Source of the DNA: Eledone cirrhosa
Taxonomy: Eukaryota
Direction: 5' to 3'
Length of the DNA: 64,000 nucleotides
Assembly (NCBI GenBank): GCA_964016885.1
Contig: OZ024740.1
Span: 436,852,001 to 436,916,000, forward strand
The notes beneath the pieces are model-generated. The model ran no database searches and was not told the origin of the DNA. It saw only the letters and a list, made by a program, of their open reading frames with translations. The position numbers were made by a program, and so were the translations under genes. This document shows positions 1 through 12,711 of this stretch, piece after piece (within the stretch, counting starts at the first letter, position 1; every line of letters begins with the position of its first letter).

Positions 1-1350
1 AAAACACCTCACCGTTCACTACATGTCAAGCTATTTCTGTGATAACCCCTCACTGTTCACTACATGTCAAGCTATTTCTCCGCTAATCCCTCACTGTTCA
101 CTATATGTCAAGCTATTTCTGTGATAATCCCTCAATGCTCACTACATGTCAAGCTATTTCTGTGATAACCCCTCACTGTTCTCTACATGTCAAGATATTT
201 ATGTGATAACCCCTCACTGTTCACTACATGTCGAGCTATTTCTGTGATAACCCCTCACTCTTCACTACATGTAAAGCTATTTCTGTGATAACCTCTCACT
301 GTTCACTACATGTCAAGCTATTTCTGTGATAACCCTCACTGTTCACTACATGTCAAGCTATTTCTGTAATAACCCCTCACTGTTCACTACATGTCAAGCT
401 ATATCTGTGATAACCCCTCACTGTTCACTACATGTCAAGCTATTTCTGTGATAACCTTTCACTGTTCACTACATGTCAAGCTATTTCTCTGATAACCTCT
501 CACTGTTCACTACATGTCAAGCTATTTCTGTGATAAGCCCTCACTGTTCACTACATGTCTAGCTATTTCTGTGATAACCCCTCATTGTTCACTACATGTC
601 AAGCTATTTCTGTGATTACCCCTCACTGTTCACTACATGTCAAGCTATTTCCGGTGATTACCCCTCACTGTTCACTATATGTCAAACTATTTCTGTGATT
701 ACCCCTCACTGTTCACTACATGTCAAGCTATTTCTGTGATAACCTCTCACTGTTCACTACATGTCAAGCTATTTCTGTGATAATCCATCACTGTTCACTA
801 CATGTCAAGCTATTTCCGGTGATTACCCCTCACTGTTCACTATATGTCAAGCTATTTCTGTGATTACCCCTCACTGTTCACTACATGTCAAGCTATTTCT
901 GTGATAACCCCTCCCTGTTCACTACATGTCAAGCTATTTCTGTGATAACGCCTCACTGTTCACTATATGTCAAGCTATTTCTGTGATAACCCCTCATTGT
1001 TCACTACATGTCAAGCTATTTCTGTGTTAACCTTTCACAGTTCTCTACATGTCAAGCTATTTGTGTGATAACCTCTCACTGGTCACTACATGTAAAGCTA
1101 TTTCTGTGATAACCTCTCACTGTTCACTACATGTCAAGCTATTTCTGTGATAACCCCTCACTGTTCACTATATGTCAAGCTATTTCTGTGATAACCTCTC
1201 ACTGTTCACTACATGTCAAGCTATTTCTGTGATAACCCCTCACTGTTCACTATATGGCAAGCTATTTCTGTGATTACCCCTCACTGTTCACTACATGCCA
1301 AGCTATTTCTGTGATAACCTCTCACTGTTCACTACATGTCAAGCTATTTC
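1..1350. repeat. Left irregular segment of the array, no local higher-order periodicity
   Basis: Carries variants I saw only once or rarely (TTTCTCCGCTAATC ~76, AAGATATTT ~192, GATAACCCTCAC 40-mer ~328, ACTGGTCAC ~1078, TATGGCAAG ~1253). Domain-A markers start at ~1360 (CCGTGACT, then TTTGGGTGAT). Confidence 0.6.
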
Positions 1351-4300
1351 TGTGATAACCCGTGACTGTTCACTACATGTCAAGCTATTTGGGTGATAAT
1401 CCCTCACTGTTCATTACATATCAAGCTATTTCTGTGATAACCCCTCACTGTTCACTACATGTCAAGCTATTTCTGTGATAACGCCTCACTGTTCACTATA
1501 TGTCAAGCTATTTCTGTGATAACCCCTCATTGTTCACTACATGTCAAGCTATTTCTGTGATAACCTTTCACTGTTCTCTACATGTCAAGCTATTTGTGTG
1601 ATAACCTCTCACTGTTCACTACATGTCAAGCTATTTCTGTGATAACCCCTCACTGTTCACTACATGTCAAGCTATTTCTGTGATAACCCCTCATTGTTCA
1701 CTACATGTCAAGCTATTTCTGTAATTACGCCTCACTGTTCACTACATGTCAAGCTATTTCTGTGATAACCCCTCACTGTTCTCTACATGTCAAGCTATTT
1801 CTGTAATAACCCCTCACTGTTCACTACATGTCAAGCTATTTCTGTAATAACCACTCACTGTTCACTATATGTCAAGCTATTTATATGATAACCCCTCACT
1901 GTTCTCTACATGTCAAGCTATTTCTGTAATAACCCCTCACTGTTCACTACAGGTCAAGCTATTTCTGTGATAAACACTCACTGTTCACTACATGTCAAGC
2001 TATTTCTGTGATAATCCCTCACTGTTCACTACATGTCAAGCTATTTCTGTGATAACCCCTCACTGTTCACTACATGTCAACTATTTATGTGATAATCCCT
2101 CACTGTTCACTATATGTCAAGCTATTTCTGTGATAACCCCTCACTTTTCACTACATGTCAAGCTATTTCTGTGATAACCCCTCACTGTTCAGTACATATC
2201 AAGCTATTTTTTTGATAACCCCTCACTTTTCACTACATGTCAAGCTATTTCTGTGATAACGCCTCATTGTTCACTACATGTCAAGCTATTTCTGTGATAA
2301 ACCGTCACTGTTCACTACATGTCAAGCTATTTCTGTGATAACCCCTCACTGTTCACTACATGTCACGCTATTTCTGTGATAACCTCTCACTGTTCACTAG
2401 ATGTCAAGCTATTTCTGTGATAACCCTTCACTGTTCACTATATGTCAAGCTATTTCTGTGATAACCCCTCAATGTTCACTACATGTCAAACTATTTCTGT
2501 GATAACCCATCACTGTTCACTACATGTCAAGCTATTTCCGGTGATTACCCCTCACTGTTCACTACATGTCAATCTATTTCTGTGATAATCCCTCACTGTT
2601 CACTACATGTCAAGCTATTTCTGTGAAAACCCCTCACTGTTCTCTACATGTCAAGCTATTTCTGTAATAACCCCTCACTGTTCACTACATGTCAAGCTAT
2701 TTCTGTAATAACCACTCACTGTTCACTATATGTCAAGCTATTCATGTGATAACCCCTCACTGTTCTCTACATGTCAAGCTATTTCTGTAATAACCCCTCA
2801 CTGTTCACTACATGTCAAGCAATTTCTGTGATAACCCCTCACTGTTCACAACATCTCAAGCTATTTCTTTGATAATCCCTCACTGTTCACTACATGTCAA
2901 GCTATTTCCGGTGATTGCCCCTCACTGTTCACTATATGTCAAGCTATTTCTGTGATAACCCCTCACTGTTCACTACATGTCAAGCTATTTCTGTGATAAC
3001 CCCTCACTGTTCAGTACATATCAAGCTATTTCTGTGATAACCCCTCACTGTTCACTACATGTCAAACTATTTCTGTGATAACGCCTTACTGTTCACTACA
3101 TATTAAGCTATTTCTGTGATAAGCCGTCACTGTTCACTACATGTCAAGCTATTTCTGTGATAACTTCTCACTGTTCACTACATGTCAAGCTATTTCTGTG
3201 ATAACCTCTCACTGTTCACTACATGTCAAGCTATTTCTGTGATAACCCCTCACTGTTCACTACATGTCAAGCTATTTCTGTGATAACCCATCACTGTTCA
3301 CTACATGTAAAGCTATTTCTGTAATAACCTCTCACTGTTCACTACATGTCAAGCTATTTGTGTGATAACCTCTCACTGTTCACTACATGTCTAGCTATTT
3401 CTATGATAACCCCTCACTGTTCACTACATGTCAAGCTATTTCTGTGATTACCCCTCACTGTTCACTACATGTCAATCTATTTCTGTGATAATCCCTCACT
3501 GTTCACTACATGTCAAGCTATTTCTGTGAAAACCCCACACTGTTCTCTACATGTCAAGCTATTTCTGTAATAACCCCTCACTGTTCACTACATGTCAAGC
3601 TATTTCTGTAATAATCCCTCACAGTTCACTACATGTCAATCTATTTCTGTGAAAACCCCTCACTGTTCACTACATGTCAAGCTATTTCTGTGATAACCTC
3701 TCACTCTTCACTACATGTCAAGCTATTTGTGGGATAACCTCTCACTGTTCACTACATGTCAAGCTATTTCTGTGATAACCCGTGACTGTTCACTACATGT
3801 CAAGCTATTTGGGTGATAATCCCTCACTGTTCATTACATATCAAGCTATTTCTGTGATAACCCCTCACTGTTCACTACATGTCAAGCTATTTCTGTGATA
3901 ACGCCTCACTGTTCACTACATATCAAGCTATTTCTGTGATAACCCCTCATTGTTCACTACATGTCAAGCTATTTCTGTGATAACCTTTCACTGTTCTCTA
4001 CATGTCAAGCTATTTGTGTGATAACCTCTCACTGTTCACTACATGTCAAGCTATTTCTGTGATAACCCCTCACTGTTCACTACATGTCAAGCTATTTCTG
4101 TGAGAACCCCTCATTGTTCACTACATGTCAAGCTATTTCTGTAATTACGCCTCACTGTTCACTACATGTCAAGCTATTTCTGTGATAACCCCTCACTGTT
4201 CTCTACATGTCAAGCTATTTCTGTAATAACCCCTCACTGTTCACTACATGTCAAGCTATTTCTGTAATAACCACTCACTGTTCACTATATGTCAAGCTAT

Positions 4301-7300
4301 TTATATGATAACCCCTCACTGTTCTCTACATGTCAAGCTATTTCTGTAATAACCCCTCACTGTTCACTACAGGTCAAGCTATTTCTGTGATAAACCCTCA
4401 CTGTTCACTACAAGTCAAGCTATTTCTGTGATAATCCCTCACTGTTCACTACATGTCAAGCTATTTCTGTGATAACCCCTAACTGTTCACTACATGTCAA
4501 CTATTTATGTGATAATCCCTCACTGTTCACTATATGTCAAGCTATTTCTGTGATAACCCCTCACTTTTCACTACATGTCAAGCTATTTCTGTGATAACCC
4601 CTCACTGTTCAGTACATATCAAGCTATTTCTTTGATAACCCCTCACTTTTCACTGCATGTCAAGCTATTTCTGTGATAAACCGTCACTGTTCACTACATG
4701 TCAAGCTATTTCTGTGATAACCCCTCACTGTTCACTACATGTCACGCTATTTCTGTGATAACCTATCACTGTTCACTAGATGTCAAGCTATTTCTGTGAT
4801 AACCCTTCACTGTTCACTATATGTCAAGCTATTTCTGTGATAACCCCTCAATGTTCACTACATGTCAAACTATTTCTGTGATAACCCATCACTGTTCACT
4901 ACATGTCAAGCTATTTCCGGTGATTACCCCTCACTGTTCACTATATGTCAAGCTATTTCTGTGATTACCCCTCACTGTTCACTACATGTCAATCTATTTC
5001 TGTGATAATCCCTCACTGTTCACTACATGTCAAGCTATTTCTGTGAAAACCCCTCACTGTTCTCTACATGTCAAGCTATTTCTGTGATAACCCCTCACTG
5101 TTCACTACATGTCAAGCTATTTCTGTAATAACCACTCACTGTTCACTATATGTCAAGCTATTTCTGTGATAACGCCTCACTGATTACTATATGTCAAGCT
5201 ATTTCTGTGATAACCCCTCATTGTTCACTACATGTCAAGCTATTTCTGTGATAACCTTTCACTGTTCTCTACATGTCAAGCTATTTGTGTGATAACCTCT
5301 CACTTTTCACTACATGTAAAGCTATTTCTGTGATAACCCCTCACTGTTCACTACATGTCAAGCTATTTCTGTGATAACCCCTCATTGTTCACTACATGTC
5401 AAGCTATTTCTGTAACTACGCCTCACTGTTCACTACATGTCAAGCTATTTCTGTGATAACCCCTCACTGTTCTCTACATGTCAAGCTATTTCTGTAATAA
5501 CCCCTCACTGTTCACTACATGTCAAGCTATTTCTGTAATAACCACTCACTGTTCACTATATGTCAAGCTATTTATATGATAACCCCTCACTGTTCTCTAC
5601 ATGTCAAGCTATTTCTGTAATAACCCCTCACTGTTCACTACAGGTCAAGCTATTTCTGTGATAAACCCTCACTGTTCACTACATGTCAAGCTATTTCTGT
5701 GATAATCCCTCACTGTTCACTACATGTCAAGCTATTTCTGTGATAACCCCTCACTGTTCACTACATGTCAACTATTTATGTGATAATCCCTCACTGTTCA
5801 CTATATGTCAAGCTATTTCTGTGATAACCCCTCACTTTTCACTACATGTCAAGCTATTTCTGTGATAACCCCTCACTGTTCAGTACATATCAAGCTATTT
5901 CTTTGATAACCCCTCACTTTTCACTACATGTCAAGCTATTTCTGTGATAACGCCTCATTGTTCACTACATGTCAAGCTATTTCTGTGATAAACCGTCACT
6001 GTTCACTACATGTCAAGCTATTTCTGTGATAACCCCTCACTGTTCACTACATGTCACGCTATTTCTGTGATAACCTCTCACTGTTCACTAGATGTCAAGC
6101 TATTTCTGTGATAACCCTTCACTGTTCACTATATGTCAAGCTATTTCTGTGATAACCCCTCAATGTTCACTACATGTCAAACTATTTCTGTGATAACCCA
6201 TCACTGTTCACTACATGTCAAGCTATTTCCGGTGATTACCCCTCACTGTTCACTATATGTCAAGCTATTTCTGTGATTACCCCTCACTGTTCACTACATG
6301 TCAATCTATTTCTGTGATAATCCCTCACTGTTCACTACATGTCAAGCTATTTCTGTGAAAACCCCTCACTGTTCTCTACATGTCAAGCTATTTCTGTAAT
6401 AACCCCTCACTGTTCACTACATGTCAAGCAATTTCTGTGTTAACCCCTCACAGTTCACTACATCTCAAGCTATTTCTTTGATAATCCCTCACTGTTCACT
6501 ACATGTCAAGCTATTTCCGGTGATTGCCCCTCACTGTTCACTATATGTCAAGCTATTTCTGTGATAACCCCTCACTGTTCACTACATGTCAAGCTATTTC
6601 TGTGATAACCCCTCACTGTTCAGTACATATCAAGCTATTTCTGTGATAACCCCTCACTGTTCACTACATGTCAAGCTATTTCTGTGATAACGCCTTACTG
6701 TTCACTACATATCAAGCTATTTCTGTGATAAGCCGTCACTGTTCACTACATGTCAAGCTATTTCTGTGATAACTTCTCACTGTTCACTACATGTCAAGCT
6801 ATTTCTGTGATAACCTCTCACTGTTCACTACATGTCAAGCTATTTCTGTGATAACCCCTCACTGTTCACTACATGTCAAGCTATTTCTGTGATAACCCAT
6901 CACTGTTCAATACATGTAAAGCTATTTCTGTAATAACCTCTCACTGTTCATTACATGTCAAGCTATTTGTGTGATAACCTCTCACTGTTCACTACATGTC
7001 TAGCTATTTCTGTGATAACCCCTCACTGTTCACTACATGTCAAGCTATTTCTGTGATTACACCTCACTGTTCACTACATGTCAATCTATTTCTGTGATAA
7101 TCCCTCACTGTTCACTACATGTCAAGCTATTTCTGTGAAAACCCCTCACTGTTCTCTACATGTCAAGCTATTTCTGTACTAACCCCTCACTGTTCACTAC
7201 ATGTCAAGCTATTTCTGTAATAATCCCTCACAGTTCACTACATGTCAATCTATTTCTGTGAAAACCCCTCACTGTTCACTACATGTCAAGCTATTTCTGT

Positions 7301-10300
7301 GATAACCTCTCACTCTTCACTACATGTCAAGCTATTTGTGGGATAACCTCTCACTGTTCACTACATGTCAAGCTATTTCTGTGATAACCCGTGACTGTTC
7401 ACAACATGTCAAGCTATTTGGGTGATAATCCCTCACTGTTCATTACATATCAAGCTATTTCTGTGATAACGCCTCACTGTTCACTACATGTCAAGCTATT
7501 TCTGTGATAACCCCTCATTGTTCACTACATGTCAAGCTATTTCTGTGATAGCCTTTCACTGTTCTCTACATGTCAAGCTATTTGTGTGATAACCTCTCAC
7601 TGTTCACTACATGTCAAGCTATTTCTGTGATAACCCCTCACTGTTCACTACATGTCAAGCTATTTCTGTGATAACCCCTCATTGTTCACTACATGTCAAG
7701 CTATTTCTGTAATTACGCCTCACTGTTCACTACATGTCAAGCTATTTCTGTGATAACCCCTCACTGTTCTCTACATGTCAAGCTATTTCTGTAATAACCC
7801 CTCACTGTTCACTACATGTCAAGCTATTTCTGTAATAACCACTCACTGTTCACTATATGTCAAGCTATTTATATGATAACCCCTCACTGTTCTCTACATG
7901 TCAAGCTATTTCTGTAATAACCCCTCACTGTTCACTACAGGTCAAGCTATTTCTGTGATAAACCCTCACTGTTCACTACATGTCAAGCTATTTCTGTGAT
8001 AATCCCTCACTGTTCACTACATGTCAAGCTATTTCTGTGATAACCCCTCACTGTTCACTACATGTCAACTATTTATGTGATAATCCCTCACTGTTCACTA
8101 TATGTCAAGCTATTTCTGTGATAACCCCTCACTTTTCACTACATGTCAAGCTATTTCTGTGATAACCCCTCACTGTTCAGTACATATCAAGCTATTTCTT
8201 TGATAACCCCTCACTTTTCACTACATGTCAAGCTATTTCTGTGATAACGCCTCATTGTTCACTACATGTCAAGCTATTTCTGTGATAAACCGTCACTGTT
8301 CACTACATGTCAAGCTATTTCTGTGATAACCCCTCACTGTTCACTACATGTCACGCTATTTCTGTGATAACCTCTCACTGTTCACTAGATGTCAAGCTAT
8401 TTCTGTGATAACCCTTCACTGTTCACTATATGTCAAGCTATTTCTGTGATAACCCCTCAATGTTCACTACATGTCAAACTATTTCTGTGATAACCCATCA
8501 CTGTTCACTACATGTCAAGCTATTTCCGGTGATTACCCCTCACTGTTCACTATATGTCAAGCTATTTCTGTGATTACCCCTCACTGTTCACTACATGTCA
8601 ATCTATTTCTGTGATAATCCCTCACTGTTCACTACATGTCAAGCTATTTCTGTGAAAACCCCTCACTGTTCTCTACATGTCAAGCTATTTCTGTAATAAC
8701 CCCTCACTGTTCACTACATGTCAAGCTATTTCTGTAATAACCACTCACTGTTCACTATATGTCAAGCTATTCATGTGATAACCCCTCACTGTTCTCTACA
8801 TGTCAAGCTATTTCTGTAATAACCCCTCACTGTTCACTACATGTCAAGCAATTTCTGTGTTAACCCCTCACAGTTCACTACATCTCAAGCTATTTCTTTG
8901 ATAATCCCTCACTGTTCACTACATGTCAAGCTATTTCCGGTGATTGCCCCTCACTGTTCACTATATGTCAAGCTATTTCTGTGATAACCCCTCACTGTTC
9001 ACTACATGTCAAGCTATTTCTGTGATAACCCCTCACTGTTCAGTACATATCAAGCTATTTCTGTGATAACCCCTCACTGTTCACTACATGTCAAGCTATT
9101 TCTGTGATAACGCCTTACTGTTCACTACATATCAAGCTATTTCTGTGATAAGCCGTCACTGTTCACTACATGTCAAGCTATTTCTGTGATAACTTCTCAC
9201 TGTTCACTACATGTCAAGCTATTTCTGTGATAACCTCTCACTGTTCACTACATGTCAAGCTATTTCTGTGATAACCCCTCACTGTTCACTACATGTCAAG
9301 CTATTTCTGTGATAACCCATCACTGTTCAATACATGTAAAGCTATTTCTGTAATAACCTCTCACTGTTCACTACATGTCAAGCTATTTGTGTGATAACCT
9401 CTCACTGTTCACTACATGTCTAGCTATTTCTGTGATAACCCCTCACTGTTCACTACATGTCAAGCTATTTCTGTGATTACCCCTCACTGTTCACTACATG
9501 TCAATCTATTTCTGTGATAATCCCTCACTGTTCACTACATGTCAAGCTATTTCTGTGAAAACCCCTCACTGTTCTCTACATGTCAAGCTATTTCTGTAAT
9601 AACCCCTCACTGTTCACTACATGTCAAGCTATTTCTGTAATAATCCCTCACAGTTCACTACATGTCAATCTATTTCTGTGAAAACCCCTCACTGTTCACT
9701 ACATGTCAAGCTATTTCTGTGATAACCTCTCACTCTTCACTACATGTCAAGCTATTTGTGGGATAACCTCTCACTGTTCACTACATGTCAAGCTATTTCT
9801 GTGATAACCCGTGACTGTTCACTACATGTCAAGCTATTTGGGTGATAATCCCTCACTGTTCATTACATATCAAGCTATTTCTGTGATAACGCCTCACTGT
9901 TCACTACATGTCAAGCTATTTCTGTGATAACCCCTCATTGTTCACTACATGTCAAGCTATTTCTGTGATAGCCTTTCACTGTTCTCTACATGTCAAGCTA
10001 TTTGTGTGATAACCTCTCACTGTTCACTACATGTCAAGCTATTTCTGTGATAACCCCTCACTGTTCACTACATGTCAAGCTATTTCTGTGATAACCCCTC
10101 ATTGTTCACTACATGTCAAGCTATTTCTGTAATTACGCCTCACTGTTCACTACATGTCAAGCTATTTCTGTGATAACCCCTCACTGTTCTCTACATGTCA
10201 AGCTATTTCTGTAATAACCCCTCACTGTTCACTACATGTCAAGCTATTTCTGTAATAACCACTCACTGTTCACTATATGTCAAGCTATTTATATGATAAC

Positions 10301-12711
10301 CCCTCACTGTTCTCTACATGTCAAGCTATTTCTGTAATAACCCCTCACTGTTCACTACAGGTCAAGCTATTTCTGTGATAAACCCTCACTGTTCACTACA
10401 TGTCAAGCTATTTCTGTGATAATCCCTCACTGTTCACTACATGTCAAGCTATTTCTGTGATAACCCCTAACTGTTCACTACATGTCAACTATTTATGTGA
10501 TAATCCCTCACTGTTCACTATATGTCAAGCTATTTCTGTGATAACCCCTCACTTTTCACTACATGTCAAGCTATTTCTGTGATAACCCCTCACTGTTCAG
10601 TACATATCAAGCTATTTCTTTGATAACCCCTCACTTTTCACTACATGTCAAGCTATTTCTGTGATAACGCCTCATTGTTCACTACATGTCAAGCTATTTC
10701 TGTGATAAACCGTCACTGTTCACTACATGTCAAGCTATTTCTGTGATAACCCCTCACTGTTCACTACATGTCACGCTATTTCTGTGATAACCTCTCACTG
10801 TTCACTAGATGTCAAGCTATTTCTGTGATAACCCTTCACTGTTCACTATATTTCAAGCTATTTCTGTGATAACCCCTCAATGTTCACTACATGTCAAACT
10901 ATTTCTGTGATAACCCATCACTGTTCACTACATGTCAAGCTATTTCCGGTGATTACCCCTCACTGTTCACTATATGTCAAGCTATTTCTGTGATTACCCC
11001 TCACTGTTCACTACATGTCAATCTATTTCTGTGATAATCCCTCACTGTTCACTACATGTCAAGCTATTTCTGTGAAAACCCCTCACTGTTCTCTACATGT
11101 CAAGCTATTTCTGTAATAACCCCTCACTGTTCACTACATGTCAAGCTATTTCTGTAATAACCACTCACTGTTCACTATATGTCAAGCTATTCATGTGATA
11201 ACCCCTCACTGTTCTCTACATGTCAAGCTATTTCTGTAATAGCCCCTCACTGTTCACTACATGTCAAGCAATTTCTGTGATAACCCCTCACTGTTCACTA
11301 CATCTCAAGCTATTTCTTTGATAATCCCTCACTGTTCACTACATGTCAAGCTATTTCCGGTGATTGCCCCTCACTGTTCACTATATGTCAATCTATTTCT
11401 GTGATAACCCCTCACTGTTCACTACATGTCAAGCTATTTCTGTGATAACCCCTCACTGTTCAGTACATATCAAGCTATTTCTGTGATAACCCCTCACTGT
11501 TCACTACATGTCAAGCTATTTCTGTGATAACCTCTCACTGTTCACTACATGTCAAGCTATTTCTGTGATAACCCCTCACTGTTCACTACATGTCAAGCTA
11601 TTTCTGTGATAACCCATCACTGTTCACTACATGTAAAGCTATTTCTGTAATAACCTCTCACTGTTCACTACATGTCAAGCTATTTGTGTGATAACCTCTC
11701 ACTGTTCACTACATGTCAAGCTATTTCCGGTGATTGCCCCTCACTGTTCACTATATGTCAAGCTATTTCTGTGATAACCCCTCACTTTTCACTACATGTC
11801 AAGCTATTTCTGTGATAACGCCTCACTGTTCACTACATGTCAAGCTATTTCTGTGATAAGCCCTCACTGTTCACCACATGTCAAGCTATTTCTGTGATAA
11901 CCCCTCACTGTTCACCACATGTCAAGCTATTTCTGTGATAACCCCTCACTGTTCACTACATGTCAAGCTATTTCTGTGATAACCTCTCACTGTTCACTAC
12001 ATGTCAAGCTCTTTCTGTGATGAGCCCTCACTGTTCACTACATGTCAAGCTATTTCTGTGATTACCCCTCACTGTTCACTACATGTCAAGCTATTTCCGG
12101 TGATTATCCCTCACTGTTCACTATATGTCAAGCTATTTCTGTCATTACCCCTCACTGTTCACTACATGTCACGCTATTTCTGTGATAACCTGTCACTGTT
12201 CACTACATGTCAAGCTATATCTGTGATAACCTCTCACTGTTCACTACATGTCAAGCTATTTCTGTGATAACCCCTCACTGTTCACTACATGTCACGCTGT
12301 TTCTGTGATAACCTGTCACTGTTCACTACATGTCAAGCTATTTCTGTGATAACCTCTCACTGTTCACTACATGTCAAGCTATTTCTGTGCTAATCCCTCA
12401 CTGTTCACTACATGTCAAGCTATTTCTGTGATAACCCCTCACTGTTCACTACATGTCAAACTATTTCTGTGATGATCCCTCAATGTTCATTACATGTCAA
12501 GCAATTCCAGTGATAACCTCTCACTGTTCACTACATGTCAAGCTATTTCTGTGATAACCTGTCACTGTTCACTACATGTCAAGCTATTTCTGTGATAACC
12601 TCTCACTGTTCACTAAACGTCAAGCTATTTCTGTGATAACCACTCACTTTTCACTACATGTCAAGCTATTTCTGTGATAACCCCTCACTGTTCACTACAT
12701 GTCAAGCTATT

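Noticed and set aside
324-340. CRP/CAP-like site (TGTGA-N6-TCACA); the monomer reads TGTGA-N7-TCACT, and one deletion copy here has N6
   Set aside because: The spacing is wrong in essentially all copies and nothing suggests a bacterial promoter context. The resemblance is probably coincidental.
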